Below, piece by piece: positions 1-12,600 of a stretch of DNA of 64,000 nt. Each line of letters opens with the position of its first letter. Positions within the stretch are counted from its first letter, which is position 1. This DNA comes from Cladosporium halotolerans (taxonomy: Eukaryota): contig NW_027191456.1 of assembly GCF_011745625.1 (NCBI RefSeq), positions 496,001 to 560,000 on the forward strand, in the 5' to 3' direction. A program made the translations under genes and the position numbers. A model generated the notes under the pieces. The model saw only the letters and a program-made list of their open reading frames with translations. It was not told the DNA's origin and made no database searches.

Positions 1-1716
1 CGACGTTGTGAACATCGACTCAATCGACTCGAGCGAACGATCTTTGGTTTCTGGATAGAAGATGAAGATAATTGGGATCCAGATGAAGTTCAAGGCAGCG
101 AAGAAGAAGTACGCACGATTCTGGAGGAGACTCGTCAGTATATAACCTTCAGGGTAAGCTGGTAACAATGGGCTCACCTCAATCGATGCGAAGAGGATTG
201 GGTTGATGAGGGTCGTCATTCCAACACCGATCGACCAGCCCGTAATGCCAAATCCGTTGCCTTGTGCGCGCATTTCGCTGGGGAAGATCTCGGTAGGCAA
301 TAGAAAAGCTACCGTTCCCCAAGTTGACGCATAGATGAGATTGAACAGGAAAAGCATCGCAACTGCTGCTGGCGCGAAGCTTGGTGCCCTAGAAGGGTCT
401 CCACGCGTCACTTCATAGAGCGATGCTGCCTAAAACCCTCACTAGATTAGTCAACGTAACGAAAGGAGCAGCATAGAACCGTGAGTTCGCAACATTCGGC
501 GGGGTTGGACTCACAATAATGTTGACTGCAGAGAGTCCGGCAGCGCCGCTCATGAGACACGTTCTTCGCCCAAGTCTGTCGACGATTTGTGCTGAGATGA
601 TAGTGCCAACGATACCAATTGTGTTGAGGCCACCCGCCAACCCATTTTGTGTCAATTCACTGTAGCCGGCTTGCCGGAGAAGCACAGGGGAGTATGCAGT
701 AACCGCGGTGATGCCGGTCCACGAGCCCATGATCTGAAGGAAGATAGCCAACCACGCTCTCCTTCCAAGATGAGGAGCCTTCTGCTTGTCCAGTCCGAGG
801 ATGACCTTGACGAACTCGAGGGGCGAACTCTTCTTGCTTTCTTCGGCCATAGTCGTGATTTCGTTGTATTCCATCTCAACCCGGTGGTCGTCCGCACCGC
901 GGAGGTGTACAAGAACCTCGCGTGCCTCTTTGTTCCTTCCGACTGAGGCGAGAAAACGCGGTGAGTCGGGAAGTGTTTTCACTCCTACAAGTAGTAAGAT
1001 CGCGGGAAAACATTGGAATGCCAACAAGAAACGCCATCTGACGGGAGAGTAGCCGTTATCCAAGAAAGCAAGCCCGAAATCGATCCAGTAGGCTAGCGAG
1101 ATGCCCAGGTAGTTTGCGATGAAGACGTAGCCGAGGAAGCTACCGCGATGATCGGACTTGGAGATCTCCGACACAAATACGGGTGTGATGCCGACAAGAC
1201 CTTGAATCGGAATAGTCAGCATTACAAGCAAAGACTGCAGCCTGGCTTCTGACACTTGTGACTTACCTCCTGTACCAAGACCAGTTACGACTCTAGCCAC
1301 GATCATGAAGTCGGAACTCTGAGCAGCTGCCTGCAAAGTGCCTCCTACCAAAGCCATGATAGCCGAGTAGAAGATACCATTTACGCGGCCAACGGAATCG
1401 GCAGCCCATCCGCCAACGAAGCATCCGAACATACATCCCAGGTAGTACTGTCGTCAGTTAGAAAAGATCGCGATGGATACGTGTAATCCATTTCGAAACA
1501 TACCACACTAACGATCCCTCCCATTTTTGTTTCATTGGTGATGGTACCATCAGCATTCCCGATGTTTACCTCCTTTACATAATCTGGCGAAGCATTGACG
1601 CCACCCATAACACCTTGATCGTATCCTTCAAAGAAAATTGCAATCAAGGAGAATGCTTGTATCGCTGCATTCAGCTGCGTCGCCGACAGCTTCTTCCAGA
1701 GACTCATGTATGCCAT
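1..1716 (-). CDS. MFS sugar porter family transporter; 3' end runs off the left edge of the window; several introns
   Basis: Spliced ORFs give EGYDQGVMGG, DSVGR, VFVSEIS..HRG, PDSPRFL, DRLGRR and PTEIFPSEMRA..G sugar-porter motifs. ATG at 1716 (MAYMSLW). Confidence 0.93.
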
Positions 1717-2416
1717 GTTAGGAGATTCGACAGTTTCGATCAAAAGGTGATGGGCATCCGACCGGCAGAAATGCGAGGAGCATCAAACCTCTAGGGAAGG
1801 GACGCTGTATCCGACTCATAAATAACTGATGACCGAACCTCTGGTATTATTCATTCGTCCCGGAGCCGGCATCTCGAGCGATTAAGCGATTAAGCGAACA
1901 AACCGATCGAGAAGGGATCGGCGGAAAGGCGGCATTCTTTCATTCTCCGTATGTTTGGTCGCGGACGGGCTTCCGCTAGAATCGCTGAATGCTTCACTGT
2001 TGCATTGCTCGATTGAATCATTTCAAAAAGACACTTCAACTACTAGAGACTATTTCAACGAGTCTCGATTAACGCCTATCGCTTCTTAGGTAAACAACTT
2101 AGCAGCGTGATAAGGCGTAGAGGTAAGTGAAGTAAGCTAAAACCCAGCGGGAGTATCCGCGCGACCAAATCTTCGGAGCACGGGAGGATAGAGGCCGCAA
2201 CAGGCAGATTAACGATCGACCGATTTGCCGGTTGAGAGGGACAAGCGATTAAGCGATCATTTCAAAAACCGAGTAAGCGTCCGATAAAAGCACTTATAAA
2301 TGTAAGTTCTATGTCTCTATCGCAACCAGGAAAGTATAAAGAAGCACTTCTTACTCAGCATATCGTCCACTCGTAACGTTTTCATAACCACGATTGCGGC
2401 TATCATACGAGAGAGA
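1717..2416. promoter_or_regulatory. Divergent promoter of the sugar porter and levoglucosan kinase, with repeated GATTAA(G)CG elements
   Basis: AGCGATTAAGCGATTAAGCGA 1877-1897, CGATTAACG 2066-2074, GATTAACGAT 2207-2216, AGCGATTAAGCGAT 2244-2257. ATCATTTCAAAAA repeated at 2017-2029 and 2256-2268. TATAAA at 2295-2300 and 2335-2340. Confidence 0.6.
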
Positions 2417-3806
2417 ATGCCTGGAATCTCTGCAGCGCCGGAAGACAGCCCCAAATCATGGCAGAATGGCGAGATTGCTGCCCTCGACTTCACTGTCTTG
2501 GGACTCAATAGTGGCACGAGCATGGACGGCATTGATTGTGCCTTATGTCGGTTTCGGCAGAAGAGCCCTACATCCCCCATGCATTTTGAACTGTTACAGG
2601 TAAGTTGCCCGTCAATTTTTGAGGAATGTGAGTTAACGGAGTATCAAGTACGGCGAAATACCATTGGAGCAGACTATCAAGCGGAGAGTGATGCAGATGA
2701 TTCTCAAAAACACCACTACTCCGGAAGAGCTTTCGGAAGTCAATGTGTTACTGGGAGAAGCATTTGCCTTGGCTGCTCAACAATTTTGCGAAGCAAAAGG
2801 CCTATCCATGTCAGAGATTGACATTATCGGATCGCATGGCCAGACCATCTGGTTGCTCAGTATGCCCGAGGAAGGGCAAACCAAAAGCGCCTTGACCATG
2901 GCGGAAGGGACCTTTATCGCTTCTAGGACCGGTGTCACCACGGTCACCGACTTCCGAGTCAGCGATCAAGCAGCTGGCAGACAAGGAGCGCCGCTGATCG
3001 CCTTCTTCGATGCTCTTCTCCTTCATCACCCCCAAAAACTTCGCGCCTGCCAGAACATCGGCGGCATAGCGAACGTCTGCTTCATACCAGGCGATGGCGG
3101 AGTTGACAAATGCTATGACTTCGACACTGGTCCCGGCAATGTGTTCATAGATGCTGTGGTCAGGCACTTCACGAATGGAGAGCAGGAATACGACAAGGAT
3201 GGAGTCATGGGTCAGCGTGGAACCGTAGATCAGGGGCTGGTGGACCGATTCCTCCAACACAAGTACTTCAAATTGGATCCACCCAAGACTACTGGCCGAG
3301 AAGTGTTCAGAGATAGTCTGGCATTCGATTTGATCGAAGAAGGCACAAAGAAGGGGTTGAGCCAGGATGACATCGTCGCGACCGTCACCCGGATTACCTC
3401 TCAGGCTATCGTTGACCACTACCGTCGTTACGCGCCCTCTCAGGACATCGACGAGATCTTCATGTGTGGTGGTGGTGCATACAACCCCAACATCACCAAC
3501 TACATTCAGAAGCACTACCCGAACACAAAGATATACATGCTCGACCGTGCCGGAGTCCCCGCCGGTGCGAAGGAAGCTATCACTTTTGCGTGGCAGGCAA
3601 TGGAGGCAGTCGTCGGCAGGTCAATTCCGGTCCCAGATAGGGTCGAAACGAGGGCCGAATATGTGTTGGGTAAGGTGTCCCCTGGCCGGAATTACCGGGA
3701 GGTCATGAAGAAAGGAATGGCATTCGGCGAGGGTCTTCGGTTGCCTCCGGTGAAGGAGATGGTGAATTATGTGAACGGAGAGGCCTTCGCCAACACAAGG
3801 GCGTGA
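2417..3806 (+). CDS. lgk: Levoglucosan kinase (anhydro-N-acetylmuramic acid kinase/AnmK family); intron 2600-2648
   Basis: [83 protein letters not shown] and AKEAITFAW closely match Lipomyces starkeyi LGK as recalled. Splicing restores [11 protein letters not shown]. Confidence 0.93.
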
Positions 3807-4572
3807 GTACTATTTGTATACAAGCCATATATGCAAGGCGACTCAAGGGTTGCGTCCAAGAACAAGTTGATCAAAATTCTTGCACCAACAGGAGAGACCA
3901 TCGAATCTCACGGTACGAGCGACCAAATATGATAGTTTGCGATGAATAGAGACCTCAGAAAGAGGAAGTATCAGCTCAATTTGACGCGAAGGTCAAGACC
4001 AAGTCAAGCGTAGGTTTGCCAATGAGAGAGGATATCATGACTTCTCCGATTGCTACAGTTCGTCTGTGCTCTTGCCTAATCCTTCAGTCTCACATGTAGG
4101 CTGTCATGGCCTGAGATATTGACCTGCGTCCAGTCACCGTTGAACGTGCTCTCTCTGAAGCAGGTATGAAACTGTCAAGCATGGTCGCCATCGAGAGTCG
4201 GTGTTGATATGTCTCCAAAGCTTTCGGTCTGGATGTGCTGCTATCTGACAAATTGTTCTCAGTATCGATAATACTTCCAAAGCTTGTTCTGAGTCGTCAA
4301 ATCATGCCCTGCCCGAGATAGATGTGCAGCTGTCAGGGGCAGTGGTCGGCAATAGACAAATGGCCGCTAAAGAGACTATGCTACGATATTGAGGATTCCC
4401 ATAACGATCTAATTACCAACTGCTGTTATCTCACCCGATAGTCCCTGAATGTGAGTATGGCATTTTGACGTAAGGGGCATGACCGTGTCATCGGGGCTCC
4501 CTCGCTGCTGCCTCTCAAGGTCAAACTGTGTCAAAATAATATGAACTGCAGATTCTGCGAAATTTCCACATT

Positions 4573-4656
4573 GGGCGCTTGGTCTAGGGGTATGATATCT
4601 TCTTCGCACCTCTGTGGGTTTGGAGATGGTCGTGGGTTCAATTCCCACAGCGTCCA
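4573..4656 (+). tRNA. tRNA-Ala(CGC) with a 12-nt intron (4609-4620)
   Basis: Acceptor stem GGGCGCT/AGCGTCC with the G3:U70 alanine identity pair and A73. Anticodon stem TCTTC/GGAGA, anticodon CGC at 4605-4607. T arm GTGGG-TTCAATT-CCCAC. T8 Pol III terminator at 4657-4664. Confidence 0.93.
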
Positions 4657-4784
4657 TTTTTTTTGCTGTCTTTGGATTGTGTTGCTGTTGTGGTTGTTGT
4701 GAACGATGGGCGAACAGAACCTTTGCCGGCTTGACAAAGGGTCACGTGTGGCAAGCACACGTGGCGTCTCAATCCCCCCCAAAG

Positions 4785-4839
4785 TTCGCATTAATCCAGC
4801 AAACGGGAGAGGTCATGAGTTCAACTCCCACAACGTTCA
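4785..4839 (+). pseudogene. Decayed 3' half of a tRNA-Ala(CGC)-like gene
   Basis: TTCGCA, a 13-nt spacer, then CGGGAGAGGTCATGAGTTCAACTCCCACAACGTTCA. The last 29 nt match the neighbouring tRNA at 24/29. There is no 5' half and the T stem is broken. Confidence 0.65.
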
Positions 4840-5344
4840 TCATTCTGCTCGCCATCCTCCATGCAGGGATGGATGCGGCCGTAGATTTGATCCAAGGGAT
4901 GTCCGCTCCGTTTTGTGTGTTCTAACGCTGCATCGAAATGTATCAAGGAGGGGTTTCGAGCGCGTTGACTCATGGAGGACTCGTTTGATCGATCTTTTCT
5001 ACGAGAATCCTCAAAAGTATCAAATGATGCAAGTCGGCTGGATTGACGCGATCTCGATGGTCCGCTCTCGGCTTCTCTTACAGAGAGCTACAGTACGAGC
5101 ACAGAGCTTCGGACGCCGGATCTAGAACGGGCTCGCGCATGCTATCGAGTTCAAAAATGCTTAAACTTTTAGGGACTGGCACTTCACGGCTTCCCATCCA
5201 GTCTCGTCCGTACAATACAATACATTCACAACGCATTCTACGTAGTTGCATCTTTCGATCATGTTGCGCATTGAATTAATTCCTTCGACAACGAACGGGC
5301 ACTTGAGATCGATAGGATCGATTGATACAGTATGTGTTCAACGC

Positions 5345-7271
5345 TCAATGCATATTGAAAGGCCACGTGGGCCGTGTAGTGGTTGTCTCGACCGCTACGC
5401 GGTACTTGCAACCGACATTGTGAGCTTTGTCGCCGTTTTTCTTGATTTCTTTCTGTGGGGCAAGGCATCTGAGAACTGTCAGTCTGACTCCCAAAATGTC
5501 GAGACAGGAGCATGATAGGTTGACTTACGCCCAGCAGAACTGATGGCGACATTTCCGGCACGTCATGCTGCGCGCGATGTGTTAGCGCTTCCACAACCTC
5601 AGGACGACATGCTCTCGTAAGGTTTACTCACTGATCACACCCATCGATCTTCTCAATCCTCCACCCACAATCCTGGCCCGGACATAGCTTCGAGAACTTG
5701 TTCAGCGCCGCCTGCGTCTTCTTCTCCTCGTCCTTCGCCTTCCGCCCACTAATCCTATAATCGTACTGCTCGCACGTCTCCCCCTGGTGCCAGGGCATCC
5801 TGTGCCGCAGACACTGCTGGTAGCCGCATGCCGCGCAACGCATAAAATCCTCGTGCGTGAAATCGATGTTGACCTGCCCGCTGCCGCAGCCGGGCGCAAG
5901 ACACCAGGCGAAGTCCGGGAGGTTGGCGAGGACGTCGTGCGCGGTGAGGCGGTCGTACTGCGCGAAGGCGTCGGAGGAAGCGGCGCGCTGGATTTCGGAG
6001 TGCGAGAGGGCCGCGGAGCATTGGGGGCAGGAGAGGGCGCGGTGGCCTTTGTCGGCTAGTTCGGAGGCGAGCCAGGCGGAGAGGCAGTCGCGGCAGGTTT
6101 GGACCTGATGCGTGCAGGAGAGGGAAGGGGCGTCGGAAGGGAAGTCGAGGGCGGTTTTGCTCTCGGCACAGACGGTACAGTCGCGGAACCATTGGTAGTC
6201 GCTAGTGGGGGTTAGGGGGTTGCTGTCGATTGATAGGAGGTCGGACAAGATTTGACTGTTGTTGTATTGACGCGTAGCTTTCGATTTGCCTTTGCCTCTG
6301 CCCTCTGGACTATTCGACGAGTCTGATAGACTAACGCCGCTGTCTGCCTGGAGATGTGAACTTCGAGTTTCGATGTCGAGTTCTTTCGTGTCTTGACAGT
6401 CGTTCGAAAGACGACCGCGCCTTTGAGATACATTTCGCGCACGCTGCGCATTGCATCGGCTAAGACCACGACGACTCGAGGATCCAGTGACAGGATTCCT
6501 AGACTGGCTATTAGAATGCAAAGGGTAGGCCGAGCTCTGTTCGGCAGGCCGCCCGCTGAAAGCAAGGGACTGTTCTGTGCGGAAGCGATGAGCCCGATCA
6601 AGTGTCTCGTAGCTGACGAAGCCTCCTGTACGCAGTCTATTGAAATTCATGCCGAATCGTGTTGGAAGCGTACGATGTGCTTCGTGTGTCCGCGCTAGAG
6701 AATTGGTAATCCTTGAGTCGCCCTCTACTGGATCCCGTGGTGGAGGAGTCGATGGCGAAGTATCCGCATCAACGATATTTCTACTCAAGCCGGCGAGGAA
6801 AGACCGTTCCCCCTGGCGCTCGAAGGTGTATAACTGTTTGTGAAGTGCGGTCCTTTTCTTGAGAGCCTCTCTGACTGACTTCATAGCGTGATCTGAAGGC
6901 CAGTCCTTAGCATTCAGAAGCGTGTCAATACGGGCGTCAATGTCTCTACATTGCTTGATAATGGTATCGTGAGTAGCGCCGTACGATGGAGGGGGCTCCA
7001 GTGGAGAGGCCTCGGAGATTCCACGGTCGATTCCTCGCCCTGCGCTGGCTGAAATATCCAGAGATGATCGCGAAGAGGAGTTGAAGGCGTAGTCAAGATC
7101 ATTGTCGGACTCATTGAATTGCCAATCAAAGTCATGTTCGAAGTCGCTGACGAAACATCGGTTGCGAATCGCTCCGTAAACCTGGCTCCTCCCTGGTTTC
7201 ACTGCGTCCTTATCGGCGTCTGACGGTCCACCTGAGCGCATCTTCGCACGCAAGTTCTTAAGGAACGACAT
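5345..7271 (-). CDS. RBR (RING1-IBR-RING2) E3 ubiquitin ligase with a long low-complexity N-terminus; two 3' introns
   Basis: CTVC..CTH..CRDC..CPQC (RING1) and WCLAPGC..CAAC..CLRH..WH..C (IBR). Splicing gives KLCPG..[24 protein letters not shown] (RING2 with the catalytic GCDHM). Stop at 5345-5347. Confidence 0.88.
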
Positions 7272-8533
7272 AATAGCGAGGCCGCAGGGCTCAGCCCAGG
7301 GTAAGATTGGGTACTTAGGAAAAGTAAGAAGGACAATTTCAAAGCGAAAAATGAAGCAAGGTGGCGAAGAGCAGCGACGGCAGCTGCATGTCAAAAAGCC
7401 CACGGTGTGCGGTACCCCAAGTCAGGCGGAGCGCATGGACTGTACGAGGCAAAGCAGCTTTCCGATACGTCCTAAGGCATGGTATGGTGTAGGACAATTG
7501 CGTCCGGCTTATTGGACGGTGAATGACTGCGCGCAGTGCAAGCTCGACAAGCGAAAAGTTACACGCTGAGAGACTCACCGGCCCTAGAGAATAAGCCACA
7601 AAAAGGCGGCAGATTTTATTCCTAAGTGAGTTGATAGATGCGCGTGGTACACCACTGTCAGTTGTCACCAGCCATGCTTGGACTGCATCTTCAAGGCGTG
7701 CCGTGATACCAAGGACATCTTCAACATCTCAGACAGAGATTCTTACAATGTAGTCCATGCGTTTCCCAGATGAAGGCGCAATGTCGGCATATCGATTGGA
7801 CGCGGCAGTGCATTCCAACTTGCTGCCTTACCGCAGCAGACGGTCCGCAGGCTAGCTCTGGTGCTCCTGTTGCGGCGCTCTGACGTGAGACACAGCTTGC
7901 GTAGTCAGCGATGGTCGGTAGAATGGAGATTTTGCTAATCTCCAACTGCTACAAAGGGACCATCTAGTCTCTGTCGTCCCTGCGACAGACTTCTCGCCTG
8001 CCTGCTCACAACATGGGACGAATGAGGCGCTCTAGTACTGCGCGGTCAGCCGAGACCCGGCTCGCCAAACGCGCGACATGACGAGGCGGTTGAAAGCCTG
8101 GCGCCGCTGCAGAGTGAATGAAGAGAGTGCGCGCGAAGGATGAGACGACGAATAGCGAGCAGTAATCTCCGTGAGGCGCAGCGCGTGTTGTAACGGCGAG
8201 ACGATTGAGCTGACGCCAACGCCTTTAACTCTGGGAGTGGACGGGCGACGAGCCGCCCGGCCCGTGTTGGGTGGCTGCGGCGTTGCTGGGTGAACGAGTT
8301 CCCCAGGAACAGCGGCACAACAATGCCGACCCCAGCACAAGCATGACGACGACCCGCCCTGGACGCAACCTGCTCTCGCGATATCGCAAGCAGTTGTATC
8401 TCACTTAGCATCTTTCACGCGCAACAAGTGCCCAGCTCACTCGCTCGCTGCGCGCACATTCGCATCGCTACAACAACATAAACACCGCCATCATAATTGT
8501 TCAGACGAGCGTACACACTCACTCGGCGGCACC

Positions 8534-11484
8534 ATGCCACCCACAGTGGCGGGCTCGGAAGCCCCTACAGTCACATTGTCTTGTAAGAGAGTCTTCGCCG
8601 CATCTTCTGTGCAAGTGCTGACCTAGTCACAGTCGCCAACAACTTCTGGGGCAAAGACGACGCAGGTGTCACTCCCCTCCTCACACGACTCCACAATGCC
8701 AAAATCGCGGGCGACGAGCTGCACGCCTTCTACACCGCAAGAGCAGCCATAGAAGCCGACTATGCCAAGAAGTTAATGAACCTGGCGAAGAAGCCGCTCG
8801 GATCGACAGAAGGTGGAACGCTCCGCATGAGCATGGACGTCCTCAAGGCGGAGACAGATGCCATGGGTAAACAACACGGCATGATCGCACAGCAGATGAA
8901 GACCGAGCTCGAGGACCCTCTGGCGACACACTGCGGCGGAATCAAGGAGCGACGGAAAATGGTCCAGGGCGGCATCGAGAAGCTGCTCAAGACGAAGAAC
9001 TCACAGACGATGGCCGTCAACAAGACAAGAGACCGATTCGAGCAGGATTGCCTCAAGATCAAAGGCTACTTGGCGCAAGGCCACATGGTCATGGGACAAG
9101 AAGAGCGTAAGAATAAGGCCAAGCTTGAGAAGACGCAAGCTCAGATGAGCTCGAACAGCAACGAGTACGAAATGGCCGTGAAGGTCCTTGAGGAGACTAC
9201 TGGACGCTGGAACCGCGAATGGAAGGCTGCTTGCGACAAGTTTCAGGACTTGGAAGAGGAGCGCGTCGACTTCTTCAAGAGCAGTCTCTGGAGTTTCGCC
9301 AACATTTCATCCACAGTCTGCGTCAGCGACGACCAAAGCTGCGAGAAAATCCGCCTAAGCCTGGAAGACTGCGACGTGGAGAAGGACATCACCAATTTCA
9401 TTCAGGACTTCGGCACCGGCCAGGAGATTCCGGATCCGCCCAAGTACATCAACTTCTGCCGCGGTGATGTTGATGACAACGTCTCTACGGCCGACTCAGA
9501 CGACGGCAGCTACTCCGTGGCCCAGTTCCAGCGCACCATGAACCCGACCTTCAGAAGCTCCTCACCGCAACCCAGCACGTTCGAGTCTCACCACGATCCT
9601 GACTCCAGCTTGCGTGAAGAAATGGGCATTCCGAAGGGCCGCGCATCTATCGACATGTTTGACGGACGAGCATCGACAGGCAGCGCCAAGGGCTTCCCTG
9701 GAGGAGTGCCGCCACTCAATCCTTCCATGTCCTCTCAGCACAACCCATACGGCGACGTGGCCCAAATCGCTCACAACCCGTACCCAACGGATGGCATGAC
9801 CCAGTTCTGCCGGCCGCCGTCCGTACGCTCGAACCGTTCTCCAGTGCGAGCTTCGAGCAACGGCAGCCAGGAGCAACACAGCGACTACACCAACCCCACG
9901 TCTGTTTCTGACATGGAACTGATGAGTGGACAGCAATCGCCCGTCAAGAGTTTCAACGGATCGGCACTCTCCGGCATGTCCGACATGTCCAACGAGCCAG
10001 AGGAGAAGCCCGTGCAGAAGAAGAAGAGTGGGTTCTTCAACTCTCCGTTCCGCCGCAGAAGCTTGAAGAACAAGGAGCGCTCCAACTCCGCTGCACCCCC
10101 GACGAACCGTAACTCCTGGGCACCTGCAGGCCACCGTGGAACTGAAAGTGCATCTACCAGTCCAGTCAAGCCCGCATTTGGTGCTGGCAACAGGGCAAAC
10201 ACATGGCAGCCGAAGCAGCCATCTCCTACCCCTGAGGCTGACCCCAATGCGCCGAACTATCAACTCGGCATCGGCGACAATGTCTTCGACGTCGCGTCTC
10301 CGGATGCGCGTGGTAAGGCAGCTCCTGGCAAAGGTGCTCAGCCAGGACAAGACCCGATCGCACAAGCCCTTGCCGAGCTCAAGGGTGTCGCCAAGCAGGC
10401 GTCTGTTCGTCAGAGCGCAGACAGACACTATGGAATGTCCACCCCCGCTCCTCCCACCGATGCTCGTGGCGCTCCTGTCGGCGCTGTCCCTACGCCTTAC
10501 GCAGGCAATGGACTGCGCAACACGCCGCCTCCAGCATACGACCACCCTCCCGTGAGCCGCCTCGGCGCACCCCAGCCAGCCCACACCAGCAGAGACATGC
10601 AGAAGACCACCGAGCGCTACGTCTCGCAGAAGCGCGACATGTTCAACGCCGGCGGCGGCCCTGGCCCAGGCGCCAGCCCATCTCGCCCCGTCTCCCGCGC
10701 CGGCCAAGGCAGCCGCGGCAGCGAAATCAACCGCGCGACCTCCCCCGTCCCCGCCCCCCTCCGCAGCACCAGCCCCCGCCCCTCCTTCAACGGCGACCAC
10801 CGCCCCTCCTTCAGCGCCGCCTCGCCCAACACCTACGGCGCGCCCCCTCAAGCCCGCTCCCGCGCCGGTTCCGTGAGCCCCATCAAACCCCAACCCAACT
10901 ACACCGGCTACGCCTCCCGCGGCAACTCCCCAGGCTACCAGGCGCAGGCCCCGCGCGCCGCGTCCCCGAACCCAGCCTACGCGCGCCCCGGCAGCTCCAT
11001 GGGCGCCGGCAGCCGCCCGCCCAGCAGCCGCGGCGACCCCAGCGGCGCGATGGCGCTCCAGCTCGCGCCGGGCGGAGGCGACCCTTACGCCGGCGGCGGA
11101 CAGCAGCGCGCCGCGCGCCCGCAGAGCTCGTACTACGGCGACGGCGCCGCGGGCGGGGGCTGGAGCAGCCAGCAGCTGGCGACGCGCAACAGGAGCCAGA
11201 GCCAGGGCGCGGGGCGGCAGATGACGAAGGACGGGAGGCCGATTATTCACTACTGTAAGTGCCATTTCCAGTGGGCCCTCGTTATTTGAGATGTTGAGCT
11301 AACTGTGTTCACAGCGCGCGCGATGTACATGTACCAGGCCGCGATCCCCGAGGAGCTGTCGTTCAGCAAGGGCGACATTCTTGCCGTCTTGCGCCTGCAG
11401 GACGACGGATGGTGGGAGGCGGAGGTCGTGGGCAAGAACGGGCGGCCGGGGCTGGTGCCGAGCAATTATTTGAAGAATTGCTGA
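8534..11484 (+). CDS. HOF1: F-BAR (FCH) and C-terminal SH3 cytokinesis/septation protein (Hof1/Cdc15/Imp2 family); introns ~8583-8631 and ~11255-11313
   Basis: N-terminal FANNFWGKDDAG and helical F-BAR region, Pro/Ser-rich middle, SH3 ARAMYMYQAAIPEELSFSKGD..DDGWW..GLVPSNY. Confidence 0.88.
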
Positions 11485-12212
11485 GCATGCTGAGCGGCCT
11501 ACTCGTGTTGAGATTGACGCGTGTGAGATGTACAGTTTGGGGAAGACTCGCTTGCTTTTGGGACACGGGAGTTCTGGCGATACCCTTCCTTTTTTTTCTT
11601 CTTGCTTCTGGGATGTATTTTTCGGGGGCGTTTGTTCGTTCCTTTCGTCGAGCTCTACGTGGAAGCCGCAGATTGTTTATACCAGGGGTTATTCTTTTTT
11701 TGTCAGTATGGTCATCACGCTGGGATGTGTAAAGCTGCTTGATGCGCGATGCGGTTGGGAGTACATACATTACGTGCTGCTGAATGCGAGATTGTGTTAC
11801 GATTTTCCTAGATCGAGTTGCGTGCTGTAATGGGGATAGAGGGTTGTGTAGCTGCTAACGTAATGTGAATGACATGGAGTGCTGAGTCATCTTTTCTGGT
11901 CTTACAAAAATGTTGCATCAAGCGGTCCGGTCCCAGTGATGGCACTTGCACAGACGGACCGAGGGAATAATAATCTTGATTTGGATGCAAGTGGCGAGCA
12001 AGATAGATCACCTGATGATACGTACGCGCGAGGTTCCATGATTTTGCGGTCACGAGGAAGGCCTGCCTGCTATCCGCACAGAATCCGCCGTCTTACGCCG
12101 TAGCACAACATAGATGGTCAGTGTATGCTCGAGAGTGGTCAGCTTCTCACAAAGAATGAGGTGAGCACGAGGAGGGGAGATATTACCCGGGCAGGCGCGT
12201 GCCGTTCCGAGA

Positions 12213-12600
12213 ATGGCAATCAGCGCCAGGATGTCCTTTTCTACAACAGTGAAGGAGTTTATCCCTGTGCTGCTCAACCGCATTATAGAAGTCAATCTAC
12301 CCACACCTGAAATACTAGCCAAGGTGAAGCTGATGATATTCACGCGGCTTGCCTGAAAGATCGTTCAAGATCTTTTCGAGCTATCACAACAGATAGGAAT
12401 CGATCCCAGTGCCGCAGAATCCTTTGCATGGTGACACTAGCAATGAGATGAAATAATGACCAGTCAGTTCTATCCGGTGACCTGAAAGCCCTCATTGATA
12501 CGACGGAGGTTGCCGTGTTCTTCATCGAGATCCTGTCGTACGAATGTATGCGCGCGTGACACTACGTCTGGCAGATTAATGCAGTTTGGTCAGGAGATGC
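12213..12600 (+). pseudogene. Probable relic of a fungal protein-coding gene (in-frame stops, frameshift)
   Basis: Protein-like reading EFIPVLLNRIIEVNLPTPEILAKVKLMIFTRLA*KIVQDLFELSQQIGIDPSAAESFAW*H*Q*, then in a shifted frame DLKALIDTTEVAVFFIEILSYE followed by a GTATGC donor-like site. Stops at 12354, 12432, 12438 and 12444. Confidence 0.45.

Noticed and set aside
2417..3806. Bacterial anmK or contamination
   Set aside because: The gene has a spliceosomal intron, matches fungal LGK, and lies among intron-containing fungal genes.
4573..4656. tRNA-Pro-like D arm suggesting a mis-specified tRNA
   Set aside because: G3:U70, A73 and the CGC anticodon all agree on alanine, and this D-arm style is usual for filamentous-ascomycete tRNA-Ala as I recall.
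9562..11265. 567-aa antisense ORF inside the F-BAR gene
   Set aside because: Ala/Gly/Arg-rich shadow of a GC-rich sense gene with no domain. The same applies to antisense ORFs at 2811-3515, 20056-20901, 37826-38710 and 46905-47939.
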